Shown in pieces: positions 51,118-61,354 of a stretch of 64,000 bases of DNA; within the stretch, counting starts at the first letter, position 1; each line of letters begins with the position of its first letter. The DNA is from Arcobacter sp. (lineage in GTDB: Bacteria > Campylobacterota > Campylobacteria > Campylobacterales > Arcobacteraceae), in contig NYWO01000159.1 in assembly GCA_002685075.1 (NCBI GenBank), positions 107 to 64,106 on the forward strand, in the 5' to 3' direction. Made by a program: the position numbers and the translations under genes. The notes under the pieces are model-generated. The model searched no databases. It was not told the DNA's origin and saw nothing but the letters and a program-made list of their open reading frames with translations.

Positions 51118-51478
51118 GACAATGTATAAAATAAAATAGTGTTTATTCTCTTTTTTACAATTAAAAATTTTTTTAGTTTTATATATTATTATGTTACTAA
51201 ATTATTTAATTTTTAATAATATTTTTTTACTAGATAGATTTTATTTTTATTAATAATTATTTAAGGTATAATATTTTTTAAATTATTAAGATATTATAAA
51301 TATTTTTATCTTTTAATAAAAACTATAATTTAAATAAAAGGGACTAAGTACTAAGTATTTTAATTTTTGAGTAATTATAAAATAGTAACATTAAATTAAT
51401 TGTTACAATATGATATTACTTTAAAAATAATGAGTCATTAGATATTAAATAAAAGCTTATGATAAATAGGAAAATATT

Positions 51479-52093
51479 ATGGATAAATCACATAAAATTA
51501 TTTATATTATCTATATATTAATTTGGATCCTAATGGCCATAAATCCTAGATATCCAGAAGATTGGTTTCTTGAAAATATATTAGTATTTATTTTTTTTCC
51601 TTTTGTTATTTGGATGGATATGAAATACAATTACACTTTTTTAAGTATGATTCTTATTTTAATATTTTCAAGTTTTCATGCATTGGGGGCTCATTATACC
51701 TATGCTGAAATGATCTACTTTGATTATATAACACATTTTTTTGGTTTTGAAAGAAATCACTTTGATAGAGTCGTACATTTTTTATTTGGGTTACTTCTTT
51801 TTAGAATATTATTTGAGATGATTGTGCCAAGTGTAACTAGTGTTAAAACTGCTTTATTCTTTACTTTTTCTCTTATTGTTTCGATATCGATATTATATGA
51901 AATATTAGAATGGCTAGTAGTTTTAAGTTTATATCCAGAATTAAGTATAGCTTTCTTAGGATCACAAGGTGATATTTGGGATGCACAAAAAGATTCATTT
52001 GCTGCTATCATTGGAGCTTTACTTAATATTCTTTTTTATAAAAATTATATACGATTATGGGAATCAAAAAAGTATAATGAGTTTTTTAAGTAA
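51479..52093 (+). CDS. DUF2238/YjdF family membrane protein
   Basis: DWFLEN, GAHYTYA, RNHFDRVVHF and GSQGDIWDAQKD motifs. Confidence 0.88.
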   Translation: MDKSHKIIYIIYILIWILMAINPRYPEDWFLENILVFIFFPFVIWMDMKYNYTFLSMILILIFSSFHALGAHYTYAEMIYFDYITHFFGFERNHFDRVVHFLFGLLLFRILFEMIVPSVTSVKTALFFTFSLIVSISILYEILEWLVVLSLYPELSIAFLGSQGDIWDAQKDSFAAIIGALLNILFYKNYIRLWESKKYNEFFK

Positions 52094-52130
52094 AGTCTAA
52101 TATATTGAGATCTAAATTATAAGGTTATAA

Positions 52131-52895
52131 ATGAAAGTAGTATTATCAATAGCAGGAAGTGATTGTAGTGGTGGAGCTGGCATTCAAGCAGATTTAAAAA
52201 CATTCGAGGCATTTTCAGTTTTTGGTTGTTCTGTTATTACTGTTTTAACGGCTCAAAATACAACCGGTGTAAAAAGTATTAGTGAAGTAAGTGCACAGTT
52301 TGTAAAAGAACAACTTGAAATGGTATTTGAAGATTTTGATGTTAGTGCTATAAAAATAGGGATGCTTTTTTCAAATGAGATAATTGATACGGTAAGAGAG
52401 CTTATAAAAGATTTAGATATACCTATTGTTTTAGATCCTGTTTTTATCTCAAAAGCAGGTTCAATGCTTTTAAGTGCAGATGCAGTTACAAATATGAAAA
52501 CACTCTTTGATTATGTGACTATAATAACTCCTAATCAGTTTGAAGCAAAGGCACTTTTTGATTATGATTCTAACAATAATAGTATTGATAAAATTAAAGA
52601 GTTAAAATGTGCAACAATTATAAAAAATAGTATTGAAGAAGATAAAAGTATTGATATTTTATATTCAAATAAAGAGATTAAAAAATTCGAGACACCTCTT
52701 CTAATTTCAAGAAATACACATGGCACGGGCTGTAGTTTTTCAAGTGCAATTGCAGCAAATTTAGCTTTAGGAAAAGATTTAACTCAAGCAATAAATATTT
52801 CAAATAAGTTTATATATAAAGCTATAAAAAATGCTCCAAACTTAGGAAAAGGAAAAGGTCCAATTGCACATAAAAGTGCCTCTATGCTTTTATAG
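52131..52895 (+). CDS. thiD: HMP/HMP-P kinase
   Basis: AGSDCSGGAGIQADLK and THGTGCSFSSA motifs. Confidence 0.93.
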   Translation: MKVVLSIAGSDCSGGAGIQADLKTFEAFSVFGCSVITVLTAQNTTGVKSISEVSAQFVKEQLEMVFEDFDVSAIKIGMLFSNEIIDTVRELIKDLDIPIVLDPVFISKAGSMLLSADAVTNMKTLFDYVTIITPNQFEAKALFDYDSNNNSIDKIKELKCATIIKNSIEEDKSIDILYSNKEIKKFETPLLISRNTHGTGCSFSSAIAANLALGKDLTQAINISNKFIYKAIKNAPNLGKGKGPIAHKSASMLL

Positions 52896-53151
52896 GCTAA
52901 TTTTATGAATGGTTTTATATAAACTGTTTTAATCTTTAATCGTATATCTTAAAGATTTTTTCTTTTACTTTAAAAGCCATTTCTCTATAGTTTAAAGTTG
53001 ATTTTCTTCTTCTTTTTTTTCTAGATATTTTCTAAAATCCCCATACTTTTTAAAGCCTATAACTTGACCTTATAATAAATATGATCTTTATAAGAATCAT
53101 ACTTTAACTAATAAACTAGTACACTGTAAACTAATCTAAGGAAATAATTTA

Positions 53152-53724
53152 ATGAATAATACAATAAATAATACTGCTAAACTGTTAGCACTTAATAAAC
53201 CTAAAGGCTTTTTGGTGACAAGGTCAGATGATAAAGGGCGAAAAACAGTTTATGATCTTTTACCACAATGGGCTTATGATAAAGGTTGGATGCCAATTGG
53301 GAGACTTGATTTAGAATCGAGAGGACTTTTATTATTTACTACAAATGGCAAAATAAATAACATGCTAACAAAACCAGGAAATTGTAAAAAAATATATGAA
53401 GTATGGGTTAGGGGCCATGTAACATCTGAGCATATCTTAATGGCTAATGATGGCATAGAAAGTAAGTTTGGATTACTTAAAGCAAAAGTTCAAAAGCTTG
53501 GTTTTGGTGGAGCAAAAACAAAACTAAAAATTGAACTTGAAGAAGGAAAAAATCGACATATTCGTAGACTTTTTGGAGCACTTAAAGACCCAAAATTTGG
53601 AACACCTTTGAAAGTTTTGACTTTAAGTCGTATTAGTATTGGTAGTTTTAACCCAATAATTGAAAGTGGAACTTGGCGTTATCTTTCAATAGAAGAAGAA
53701 AAATCTCTACTTAAAAAATATTAA
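53152..53724 (+). CDS. Pseudouridine synthase (RsuA/RluE family)
   Basis: LNKPKG, GRLD.ES.GLLL and EGKNRHIRR motifs. Confidence 0.9.
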   Translation: MNNTINNTAKLLALNKPKGFLVTRSDDKGRKTVYDLLPQWAYDKGWMPIGRLDLESRGLLLFTTNGKINNMLTKPGNCKKIYEVWVRGHVTSEHILMANDGIESKFGLLKAKVQKLGFGGAKTKLKIELEEGKNRHIRRLFGALKDPKFGTPLKVLTLSRISIGSFNPIIESGTWRYLSIEEEKSLLKKY

Positions 53725-53725
53725 T

Positions 53726-54931
53726 TTAAATACTTTCTACTTTTAAAAGTTTTGTTTTTCCTACCATTAATTCTACTGTCATTTTCATTCTTTTAAAAAC
53801 ATTCTCTTGTCTATATTCTAAATTATGTTTAGCACATAAATCTTTTATTAGAGGTTGAATTTTTTGATATTGACTTAGAGATAAGTTTGGAAATAAATGA
53901 TGCTCTATTTGATAATTTAACCAACCATGTGAAAAGTCAATTAAGTTTGTACCTGTTTTATAATTTACACTTCCCATAATTTGCCGTAAATAAAATTCAC
54001 CCTGTGATTTATGTGGTTTATCAAATCTGTATATATCTTCAGCAGAATGATTTGGAACAATTACTAAAAAGGAGTGAAGGTTTGCTATATATTCAGCGAT
54101 TAAAGTAATAACAAAGACATTAAAAACAGCTTCTAATCCTAAAGGAATAAAAAGTAAAGGAATAAGAATAAATCTAACCATAAAATATGGAAGAATATAT
54201 TGTTTCCATAAAATAGCTCCATTTCTTTTGAACGGACTTACTTCATAATTATTAACTTGTGCCATTTTTAATTTACGACGTTTTTTGTTTTCTAGAATTT
54301 TTAGAGTATTTGGTGCATAATAAGTAAACTTCCAAGTCCCAGCAAATGCATAAACAAATAGATATCTAGCCCACATTGGTGTTTTTGAACGAATAAGCCA
54401 TTGTAAGTTATTTTCAACATTATCAGGATCATCATCTTCACCTAAATGATAATGATGCATTATATTATGCTCATAAATCCACGCTTCAGGTTTAATCCAA
54501 TCTAACCAATCTAAATATCTTCTATTGTTTTTTGCAAAACCAGCTTTAGTGTATCTTTTTGGAATATTGGGAACTTTATCGTAAGCTCCATGAAGAATTG
54601 GATGAGCAACATTAGCCCAACGCGATACATTTGCTATACCTAAAAAACTTGCAGATAACAGTGCACAACTCCAGAAACTAATGCTTCCTAGAGCATATGA
54701 AGTGATTTCTAAAAAATTTATTATAAATATGATTAAATACCCACTAAAGCTTAAAGCTCTTCCCCATTTTTCTAATTTTAATAAATGTTGAAAATCTTCA
54801 TGTTTTACCTTTCCTATAGAATTTTTTATTTTTTCTATATCAATTTTTAATTGTTCTTTATTTATATCTTCGTATCTTGCATATTTTACTGCCACTATAT
54901 TCCTTAAAATATTATTTTTGGAATAATACAT
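53726..54931 (-). CDS. Membrane fatty acid desaturase
   Basis: His boxes HPILH, HNIMHH and QIEHHLFP. Confidence 0.9.
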   Translation of the reverse strand: MYYSKNNILRNIVAVKYARYEDINKEQLKIDIEKIKNSIGKVKHEDFQHLLKLEKWGRALSFSGYLIIFIINFLEITSYALGSISFWSCALLSASFLGIANVSRWANVAHPILHGAYDKVPNIPKRYTKAGFAKNNRRYLDWLDWIKPEAWIYEHNIMHHYHLGEDDDPDNVENNLQWLIRSKTPMWARYLFVYAFAGTWKFTYYAPNTLKILENKKRRKLKMAQVNNYEVSPFKRNGAILWKQYILPYFMVRFILIPLLFIPLGLEAVFNVFVITLIAEYIANLHSFLVIVPNHSAEDIYRFDKPHKSQGEFYLRQIMGSVNYKTGTNLIDFSHGWLNYQIEHHLFPNLSLSQYQKIQPLIKDLCAKHNLEYRQENVFKRMKMTVELMVGKTKLLKVESI

Positions 54932-55016
54932 GAAATTTGTTATTTATCAGCTTTTAAATATCTATTTTTAAGTCCTTTTTTATAAATTGCAACTACAATG
55001 CCCACAAAGGAATTAA

Positions 55017-55895
55017 ATGTTAAATAAGTATGAATTATTATCAAAATTAAAATTAATAGACAAGGGTGTATTATTTATGCTTTTAAGCGCGATGATAGCT
55101 GCACTAAGTGGTGCAGTTGCCAAAGTCTTATCAGATAGTATGGATCCTATTGAGATAGTGTTTTATAGAAATCTTTTAGGTGTTATGATTATTTTATATA
55201 GCTTTAAAAAAGTCTCTGTATATATTAATACTTCAAAGTTACACTTACTTTTTTTAAGAGGATTTTTTGGAACAGTAGCAATGTTAATGTTCTTTTATAC
55301 AATAGCTACTATTCCATTAGGTGAGGCAATAATTTTAAATAAAACATCGCCATTTTTTGTAACAATTCTTGCATATTATTTAATGAAAGAGTATATTTCT
55401 AGAAATACTATATTTGCTCTTATTATTGGATTTATTGGAGTTATATTAATAATAAAGCCCTTTGGTATGATAATCTCAATAGAGCATATTTATGGAGTAT
55501 TAGGTGGTTTCTTTGCGGCATGCGCTTATGCTACTATAAAGAAAATCAAAGATATTTATGATGCAAGAGTTATTATGCTTTCATTTATGGGAATTGGTGT
55601 GATTATTCCTTTATTAATCTTCTTATTTACTCCTTATGCCCAATTTCAAATACACACTAGTTTTCTTGTTTGGTCGTTAATAGCTTTGATGGCAGTTTTA
55701 TCAACTGTATCACAGTGGCTGCTTACTCGTGCATATAGTTTAAGTAAAGCAAGTATTATCGGAGTTATTGGTTACACAAGTATTCCTTTTGCAATAGGTT
55801 TTGGTGTAATGATTGGTGACTCATTTCCTGATATGTATGCTAGTTTAGGTATTCTACTTATTATAATTGGTGGTATTTTAGTTAATAAGAAATAA
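55017..55895 (+). CDS. DMT/EamA family transporter
   Basis: About 10 TMs in two EamA-like repeats. Confidence 0.85.
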   Translation: MLNKYELLSKLKLIDKGVLFMLLSAMIAALSGAVAKVLSDSMDPIEIVFYRNLLGVMIILYSFKKVSVYINTSKLHLLFLRGFFGTVAMLMFFYTIATIPLGEAIILNKTSPFFVTILAYYLMKEYISRNTIFALIIGFIGVILIIKPFGMIISIEHIYGVLGGFFAACAYATIKKIKDIYDARVIMLSFMGIGVIIPLLIFLFTPYAQFQIHTSFLVWSLIALMAVLSTVSQWLLTRAYSLSKASIIGVIGYTSIPFAIGFGVMIGDSFPDMYASLGILLIIIGGILVNKK

Positions 55896-55904
55896 GGAAT
55901 AAAA

Positions 55905-56153
55905 ATGTCATATTTTGTTTATATTTTAGAGTGTAGTGATGGAAGTTTATATACAGGAATTACTACAGATTTAACAAAACGTTTAGATGAGCATAATAAT
56001 AAAGAAACAGGAGCTAAATACACAAGGGTAAGACGACCTGTAAAACTAATATATCAAGAAAGTTCAGAGAATAGAAGTACTGCATCTAAACGTGAATATG
56101 CTATTAAAAAATTTACAAGAATAAAAAAACTTGAATTAATACAAAAAACTTAA
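55905..56153 (+). CDS. GIY-YIG nuclease (YhbQ-like)
   Basis: VYILEC.DGSLYTGIT and GAKYTR motifs. Confidence 0.9.
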   Translation: MSYFVYILECSDGSLYTGITTDLTKRLDEHNNKETGAKYTRVRRPVKLIYQESSENRSTASKREYAIKKFTRIKKLELIQKT

Positions 56154-56170
56154 AGAAAATGCTTAGTTTA

Positions 56171-57451
56171 TTATTTAGCTGTTGCATATGAACCTTTTAC
56201 ACTACCATTATTTGTAGAATTCATATTAATTGAACCACCCATATTTTCTGCGTTTGGTCCATAAAACCTACCTGTAATACTCCCTGTAATACCTTCTGTA
56301 CTACTTCCATTATTGTCTATTTTATTTGTATTAAATCCATTATTATTGATCGTGACATTAGATATTTTAACTTTCCAATCAGTAGATCCAATAACAAATT
56401 CTCCATTAATTTCTCTCTTTCCAAAATCAACTTCTAATGCTACAGATCCTCCAACTTCAGAGCTTGTTCCATCAAGATGAGTGTGAATTGCATTTATTGA
56501 ACCATTATAATCTGCAATTATATTATCATCTCTATACTCTCTAATTTTAGATTGTGGAGTTTTGTCACCATTAATATATGTTCCTATTATGTCATTTGTA
56601 TCATTTAACCAGTAACCCATTTTAATATATTCTCCATCGTATTTAACATCTTTAGTTGCATTTGTTGTATCTATATTAGGATCTGTTTCATCTGTTTCAT
56701 CTGTTTCATCTGTTTCGTCTGTTTCGTCTTGAGCATTTTCTATTGTAGATTCAATATTTTCAGCTACTGAATCATTAGTTGTTTCTACTGTAGTTGTATT
56801 TGTTTGAGAATCCGAATCTGAATTTTCTTCTGATTCATCATTTGAATCACTACTTTCAGATGAAGATAACTGACTTAGTTGTTTTTTTGAGTATGCTTTA
56901 GGTTTTGTAGGAGTTGAACCAGGTTTTATACTTGTAAACATTCCTGCAGGAACTATTACTGAATTTCCCGTTTGTAATGATGATACTGATATTTCTCCTG
57001 ATGTACAAGCAATAAAATCTCCTGATTTAGGACTTGTTGTCATACTAATTTGAGTTCCTCTAATTCCTATTGATGCTGTTTTTGTATTTAAGTTAAAACT
57101 TGAAGGATTTAATTTACCTATTTGTCCTGTAATAGTTTTAAAAAAACCATTTGAAAAATTGATAGTTAATTTATTTTCTTTTGAATTGTTCTTATCATAA
57201 TAGTATTCATCAACAGAAAACTTTGCTTTACTTCCTATTGTAACAACTGTTTTATCTTTAAATACGATTTGCATTTTAGAGTTTTTACCAGTGTTTATAA
57301 AGTCTTTTGAAAAAATTGCATCTCCTAGTTTTACACTAAAAGATTTTCCATTTCTTAAAACTTCTGTTTGGCCACTTATAAAAGTTATATTACCTATATT
57401 TGCAAAAGCACTTAAAAACATCAATAATAAAATAAGTATAATCTTTTTCAT
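56171..57451 (-). CDS. FecR-domain protein with C-terminal TbpB-like beta-barrel
   Basis: Signal peptide; TASIGIRGT; acidic linker; VDFG and GRFYGPNAENMGG motifs. Confidence 0.78.
   Translation of the reverse strand: MKKIILILLLMFLSAFANIGNITFISGQTEVLRNGKSFSVKLGDAIFSKDFINTGKNSKMQIVFKDKTVVTIGSKAKFSVDEYYYDKNNSKENKLTINFSNGFFKTITGQIGKLNPSSFNLNTKTASIGIRGTQISMTTSPKSGDFIACTSGEISVSSLQTGNSVIVPAGMFTSIKPGSTPTKPKAYSKKQLSQLSSSESSDSNDESEENSDSDSQTNTTTVETTNDSVAENIESTIENAQDETDETDETDETDETDPNIDTTNATKDVKYDGEYIKMGYWLNDTNDIIGTYINGDKTPQSKIREYRDDNIIADYNGSINAIHTHLDGTSSEVGGSVALEVDFGKREINGEFVIGSTDWKVKISNVTINNNGFNTNKIDNNGSSTEGITGSITGRFYGPNAENMGGSINMNSTNNGSVKGSYATAK
56682..56729. repeat. 9-bp tandem repeat, 5 copies, encoding (DET)5
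   Basis: tctgtttca x3, then tctgtttcg x2. Confidence 0.9.
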
Positions 57452-57460
57452 ATTAAATCC

Positions 57461-58813
57461 TTAGAATCTTAGAATATAATTAAAACTAATTTTATTCTTA
57501 TAATATTCGGCATAATCAATATTTGAATCGTTTCTTGCATAATTATAACCTAAGCTGATGAAAGACTTATTATATAATTTATAAGAACTTCCAAGACTAA
57601 AAGATAATTCTTTATCTTTTCTCTTTTTTAAATACCAAGAATCTGTATCTCTATATCTTAACTTTGAGTATCCAAATCCACTAGTTATATTAAACAAACT
57701 ATTTATTTTATAATTTAAATTCATATTTAAAGACAAAATATTTTGATTTATATCATCATTTGTAGTTATATTATTTTCTTTAAAAGGGTGTTTCTCATAT
57801 TCTCTTGAATACTCAAGGGCTGAGTACATACTTAAGTTTTTATTAAGTATTTTTAATAATCCAAGTCCTGCTTTTATAACTTTACTATCTTCATTTGAAT
57901 TCTCTGTGGATTGTTTTTTCTTGTATTGATACTTAAAACTTGCATTTAATAATAAGTCTTTTCTAATTATGTATTTAACATTTGGATTTAATCCATAACT
58001 TCTTAAATCGTTTTCTTTTCCTTGCCACATATTATCAATAAAGATTCCGTAGTCTATAATTAGTTTTTTATTATAAGATTTAGATATTTTAGGACTTAAT
58101 CCTATGATTTGAATATTTTTGTCTTTATTTTCTTTATATATTTGATTGTAGAAGAAAGAATCAATTTTAAATAATAAATTATCATTTTCTTTATATTTAT
58201 AATTTAGTGATAAAATTTGATTATAAGTTATATCAGATTCTTTTTCTGGTGCTTCTATCCCATTTGGACCAAATAATTCTTTGAATAAAGTAGGATGAAA
58301 AGAATCATTAAAAGAGTCATTATTAATATTATCATCAAAGGAAGAACCAAAAATAAAACTTCCACTTAAAAAATGTTTTTTACTTTTACTTTCATTTAGT
58401 TTTAAAAAATAATCTATTTTTTCTTTTACTTCATTAGGTAGATTTTTTTGATTTTTGATTTCATTAAACAAATCTATTGAGTCTTTATTCATATTAAGTT
58501 GATAATATGTTCTAGCAAGCTCTAATTTAGTCCGTGTAGAATCAGGTTTATATAAAAGAATTCTTTCAAAAATAGATTGTGCTTCTTCATAATATTTTAA
58601 TTCGAATGCAGATCGACCTAAATAAAAATTATATTTTATATTATCCATCTTTAATAAAAATAATTTATAGAATTCATCATATGATAAACTATAATTACCT
58701 TTTTTAAAAGTGTTTAAAGCTTTTTTATATTCTATATCTAAATCTTTATTATCACTTACATCTGCAAGAGAAAATGTGAAAAATACTAAAAGTAATGTGA
58801 GTTTATTAAACAA
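57461..58813 (-). CDS. TPR + outer-membrane beta-barrel (Slam/DUF560-like)
   Basis: Signal peptide, TPR (RTKLELARTYY), DDNIN, terminal YILRF. Confidence 0.72.
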   Translation of the reverse strand: MFNKLTLLLVFFTFSLADVSDNKDLDIEYKKALNTFKKGNYSLSYDEFYKLFLLKMDNIKYNFYLGRSAFELKYYEEAQSIFERILLYKPDSTRTKLELARTYYQLNMNKDSIDLFNEIKNQKNLPNEVKEKIDYFLKLNESKSKKHFLSGSFIFGSSFDDNINNDSFNDSFHPTLFKELFGPNGIEAPEKESDITYNQILSLNYKYKENDNLLFKIDSFFYNQIYKENKDKNIQIIGLSPKISKSYNKKLIIDYGIFIDNMWQGKENDLRSYGLNPNVKYIIRKDLLLNASFKYQYKKKQSTENSNEDSKVIKAGLGLLKILNKNLSMYSALEYSREYEKHPFKENNITTNDDINQNILSLNMNLNYKINSLFNITSGFGYSKLRYRDTDSWYLKKRKDKELSFSLGSSYKLYNKSFISLGYNYARNDSNIDYAEYYKNKISFNYILRF

Positions 58814-59187
58814 TTGTTTCCTTCTAAAATTGGCTTTTAATTAGAATAGTTTAATATTATAATATATTTATGCTAAATAAAGACTTTATAAATCAAGTCT
58901 TTTTAATGAAAATAATTTATTTTAAATACGGTTAATATTAATAAATAATATTAAAATGTTTATTTTTCATATAAGTTTTTCTTATTTATGTATCAATACT
59001 TCTATAACCCTGGAACTTTTGAATTGCAAATAAGAGACATACTCTCTTTTATTTTATCTTATTTCACTTTACCATTTTACTTCAAATATTGGATTACTAC
59101 TTACAACTGCCTAAGGCTCTAGACCTTTAAAGTAGAATATTTTTATTTTTATTTCGAATATGATAAAATCCAATAAAAAAGAAGATT

Positions 59188-59754
59188 ATGTTTAAAACAA
59201 ACGATTATTGGGAAGAAGAGTTTATAAAACTTGATGAAAAAGAGTTTGATTCAATCTATTTTGATAACTGTACTTTTACAAAATGTGACTTTTCTAAAGC
59301 TTTGATTCGTGATTGTAAGTTTACTGAGTGTACTTTTATAAATTGTGATTTATCTTTATCTAAATTAGTCTCTTCAACTTTTAATGATGTTACTTTTGAA
59401 AACTGTAAGTTAATAGGTATTTCATGGAGTACTTGCCAAGAACCTTTTGATGTGAAGTTTGACACATGCAATCTTTCACAAAACTCTTTTCATCTTTTAG
59501 ATTTGCGAAAAATGAAATTTATTGATTCTTTGATAAAAGATACAGGCTTTGAAGAGTGTAATCTAGAGCGAGCACATTTTGATAAATGCAATCTAGAACA
59601 AACAGTTTTTATAAGTAATAATTTACAAAAAGCAAACTTTGAAACCTCAAAAAACTATTTAATTGATCCAAAATATAATGATATTAAAAAAGCACAGTTT
59701 TCTCTTCCTGAAGCTTTAAGTTTCTTAAGTTTACTTCCTATTAAGATAAAATAG
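59188..59754 (+). CDS. Pentapeptide repeat protein
   Basis: F..C.F..CDFS repeats; C-terminal A.FSLPEA. Confidence 0.9.
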   Translation: MFKTNDYWEEEFIKLDEKEFDSIYFDNCTFTKCDFSKALIRDCKFTECTFINCDLSLSKLVSSTFNDVTFENCKLIGISWSTCQEPFDVKFDTCNLSQNSFHLLDLRKMKFIDSLIKDTGFEECNLERAHFDKCNLEQTVFISNNLQKANFETSKNYLIDPKYNDIKKAQFSLPEALSFLSLLPIKIK

Positions 59755-59876
59755 CTATCTAATAAAACATGTTATTCATGCCAAATATCTAGGCCCTATC
59801 AAAAGCTCTGTTTAAAAATTCTTATTTATTTTATAGTAAGTGTTATAATAATATAAAAACAATTTCAGGAGAGATT

Positions 59877-60950
59877 ATGCGAATAGTATTTCTTTTTATA
59901 ATTACAAGTATTCTTAGTATTTCTGTTATAGCAAATACAAAAGTAACAAAAATATCATCAAATCTAGGTGTCGTCTGGGGTATGACTTTTTTAGATGAAA
60001 ATAATTTACTTATTACCCAAAAGAAAGGAAAGATATCTTTATTAGATTTAGAATCTAAAACTATTACAGATATCAAAAATGTCCCAAAAGTTTTTAATAA
60101 AGGACAAGCAGGACTACTAGATATACAAAATAAAAATGGCTGGATATATCTAACATATGTAAAAAATATAAGAGGTAAAGGTTCTACAACATTAGCACGT
60201 GCAAAGTTAAAAGAAAACTCTTTAATAAACTTTGAAGAATTACTAGTGAGTAGATCTTTGACAAGTACAACTGCACATTTTGGTTCTAGAATTACCTTTG
60301 ATGAAAGTGGACATTTATATTTTTCTATTGGAGATAGGGGAGTTAGAGAAAATGGGCAAGATTTAAAAACTCATGCAGGCTCTATTTTAAGATTAAATTT
60401 AGATGGAACAGTTCCAAAGGATAATCCTTTTGTAAATGATTCAAAAGCTTTAAATGAAATATATACTTACGGACATAGAAATCCTCAAGGAATATTTTAT
60501 GATAAAGAAAATAAAAAACTATATGCAATTGAACATGGTCCAAGAGGTGGCGATGAAATAAACTTAATAAAAAAAGGCTCAAATTATGGTTGGCCAATTG
60601 TTTCAAAAGGAAAAGAGTATTGGAATACAAGTTATGTAGGGAAGTATCGTACAAATAAAGAATATAAAGATGCTATAAAAGTTTATACTCCCTCTATTGC
60701 ACCTAGTTCTTTAATTGTATATTCTGGAAAAAAATATAAAAGCTTAAAAGGAAATCTTTTTGCAGGAGCCTTAAAACTTCGTCATTTAAATCATATTGTC
60801 TTAAACAACAAAGGTAAAGTTATAAAAGAGAGTAAGTTACTTGAAAGCTTAGGCGAAAGAATAAGAAATGTTGTTGAATCTCCAAATGGAGATATTTATA
60901 TATCAACAGATAGTGGAAATATCTATCTTGTTGATTTTAATTTTAAGTAG
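59877..60950 (+). CDS. PQQ-dependent sugar dehydrogenase (YliI-like)
   Basis: GQAGLLD, HFGSRI, YGHRNPQG, EHGPRGGDEIN and NYGWP motifs. Confidence 0.92.
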   Translation: MRIVFLFIITSILSISVIANTKVTKISSNLGVVWGMTFLDENNLLITQKKGKISLLDLESKTITDIKNVPKVFNKGQAGLLDIQNKNGWIYLTYVKNIRGKGSTTLARAKLKENSLINFEELLVSRSLTSTTAHFGSRITFDESGHLYFSIGDRGVRENGQDLKTHAGSILRLNLDGTVPKDNPFVNDSKALNEIYTYGHRNPQGIFYDKENKKLYAIEHGPRGGDEINLIKKGSNYGWPIVSKGKEYWNTSYVGKYRTNKEYKDAIKVYTPSIAPSSLIVYSGKKYKSLKGNLFAGALKLRHLNHIVLNNKGKVIKESKLLESLGERIRNVVESPNGDIYISTDSGNIYLVDFNFK

Positions 60951-60958
60951 TAAGAAAA

Positions 60959-61354
60959 TCAAGAATTATAAAGTAGTTTATAATTCTTGTAATAGTTAAT
61001 AGTTTCTATTAATAATAGTGCTATTAAGCCCATAAGCCAATATAAAAACCACATACTAATCATTCCAATAAAGCCATCTTCTGCAAAATAATCAACTACT
61101 TGAAATATAAGAAAAAAGACAATAGTGTTTTTTAAAGAAAAGGTATTATTCTTGTTGAAATCTACTAACTCTTTGCCTTTTACTTTCATTTTAAAGTATA
61201 TAAAAGCTAGACTAATTGGAAGTAGTGCTAAAATAAATAGATACTCTTTTTTAATAAGCTCAATAGTTTTTTCTTGTCCAAATATATAAAGATATACAGA
61301 AATAATAGCTATAAATGATAATACAAATAAATTTCTAGGAGATAATTGTGACAT
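60959..61354 (-). CDS. Hypothetical membrane protein
   Basis: Four hydrophobic segments; coupled to upstream gene. Confidence 0.65.
   Translation of the reverse strand: MSQLSPRNLFVLSFIAIISVYLYIFGQEKTIELIKKEYLFILALLPISLAFIYFKMKVKGKELVDFNKNNTFSLKNTIVFFLIFQVVDYFAEDGFIGMISMWFLYWLMGLIALLLIETINYYKNYKLLYNS

Noticed and set aside
51120-51470. Extremely AT-rich 350-bp gap as ncRNA or origin
   Set aside because: No stable structure, repeat array or DnaA-box cluster recognised
50640-52100. Island integrated at the guaA 3' end (a known hotspot)
   Set aside because: No integrase and no duplicate of the guaA 3' end seen downstream
58980-59130. Possible gene relic upstream of the pentapeptide gene
   Set aside because: No frame gives a recognisable motif
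59188-59754. Pentapeptide protein as a qnr resistance gene
   Set aside because: Generic chromosomal pentapeptide repeat; no mobile context or recognisable Qnr features
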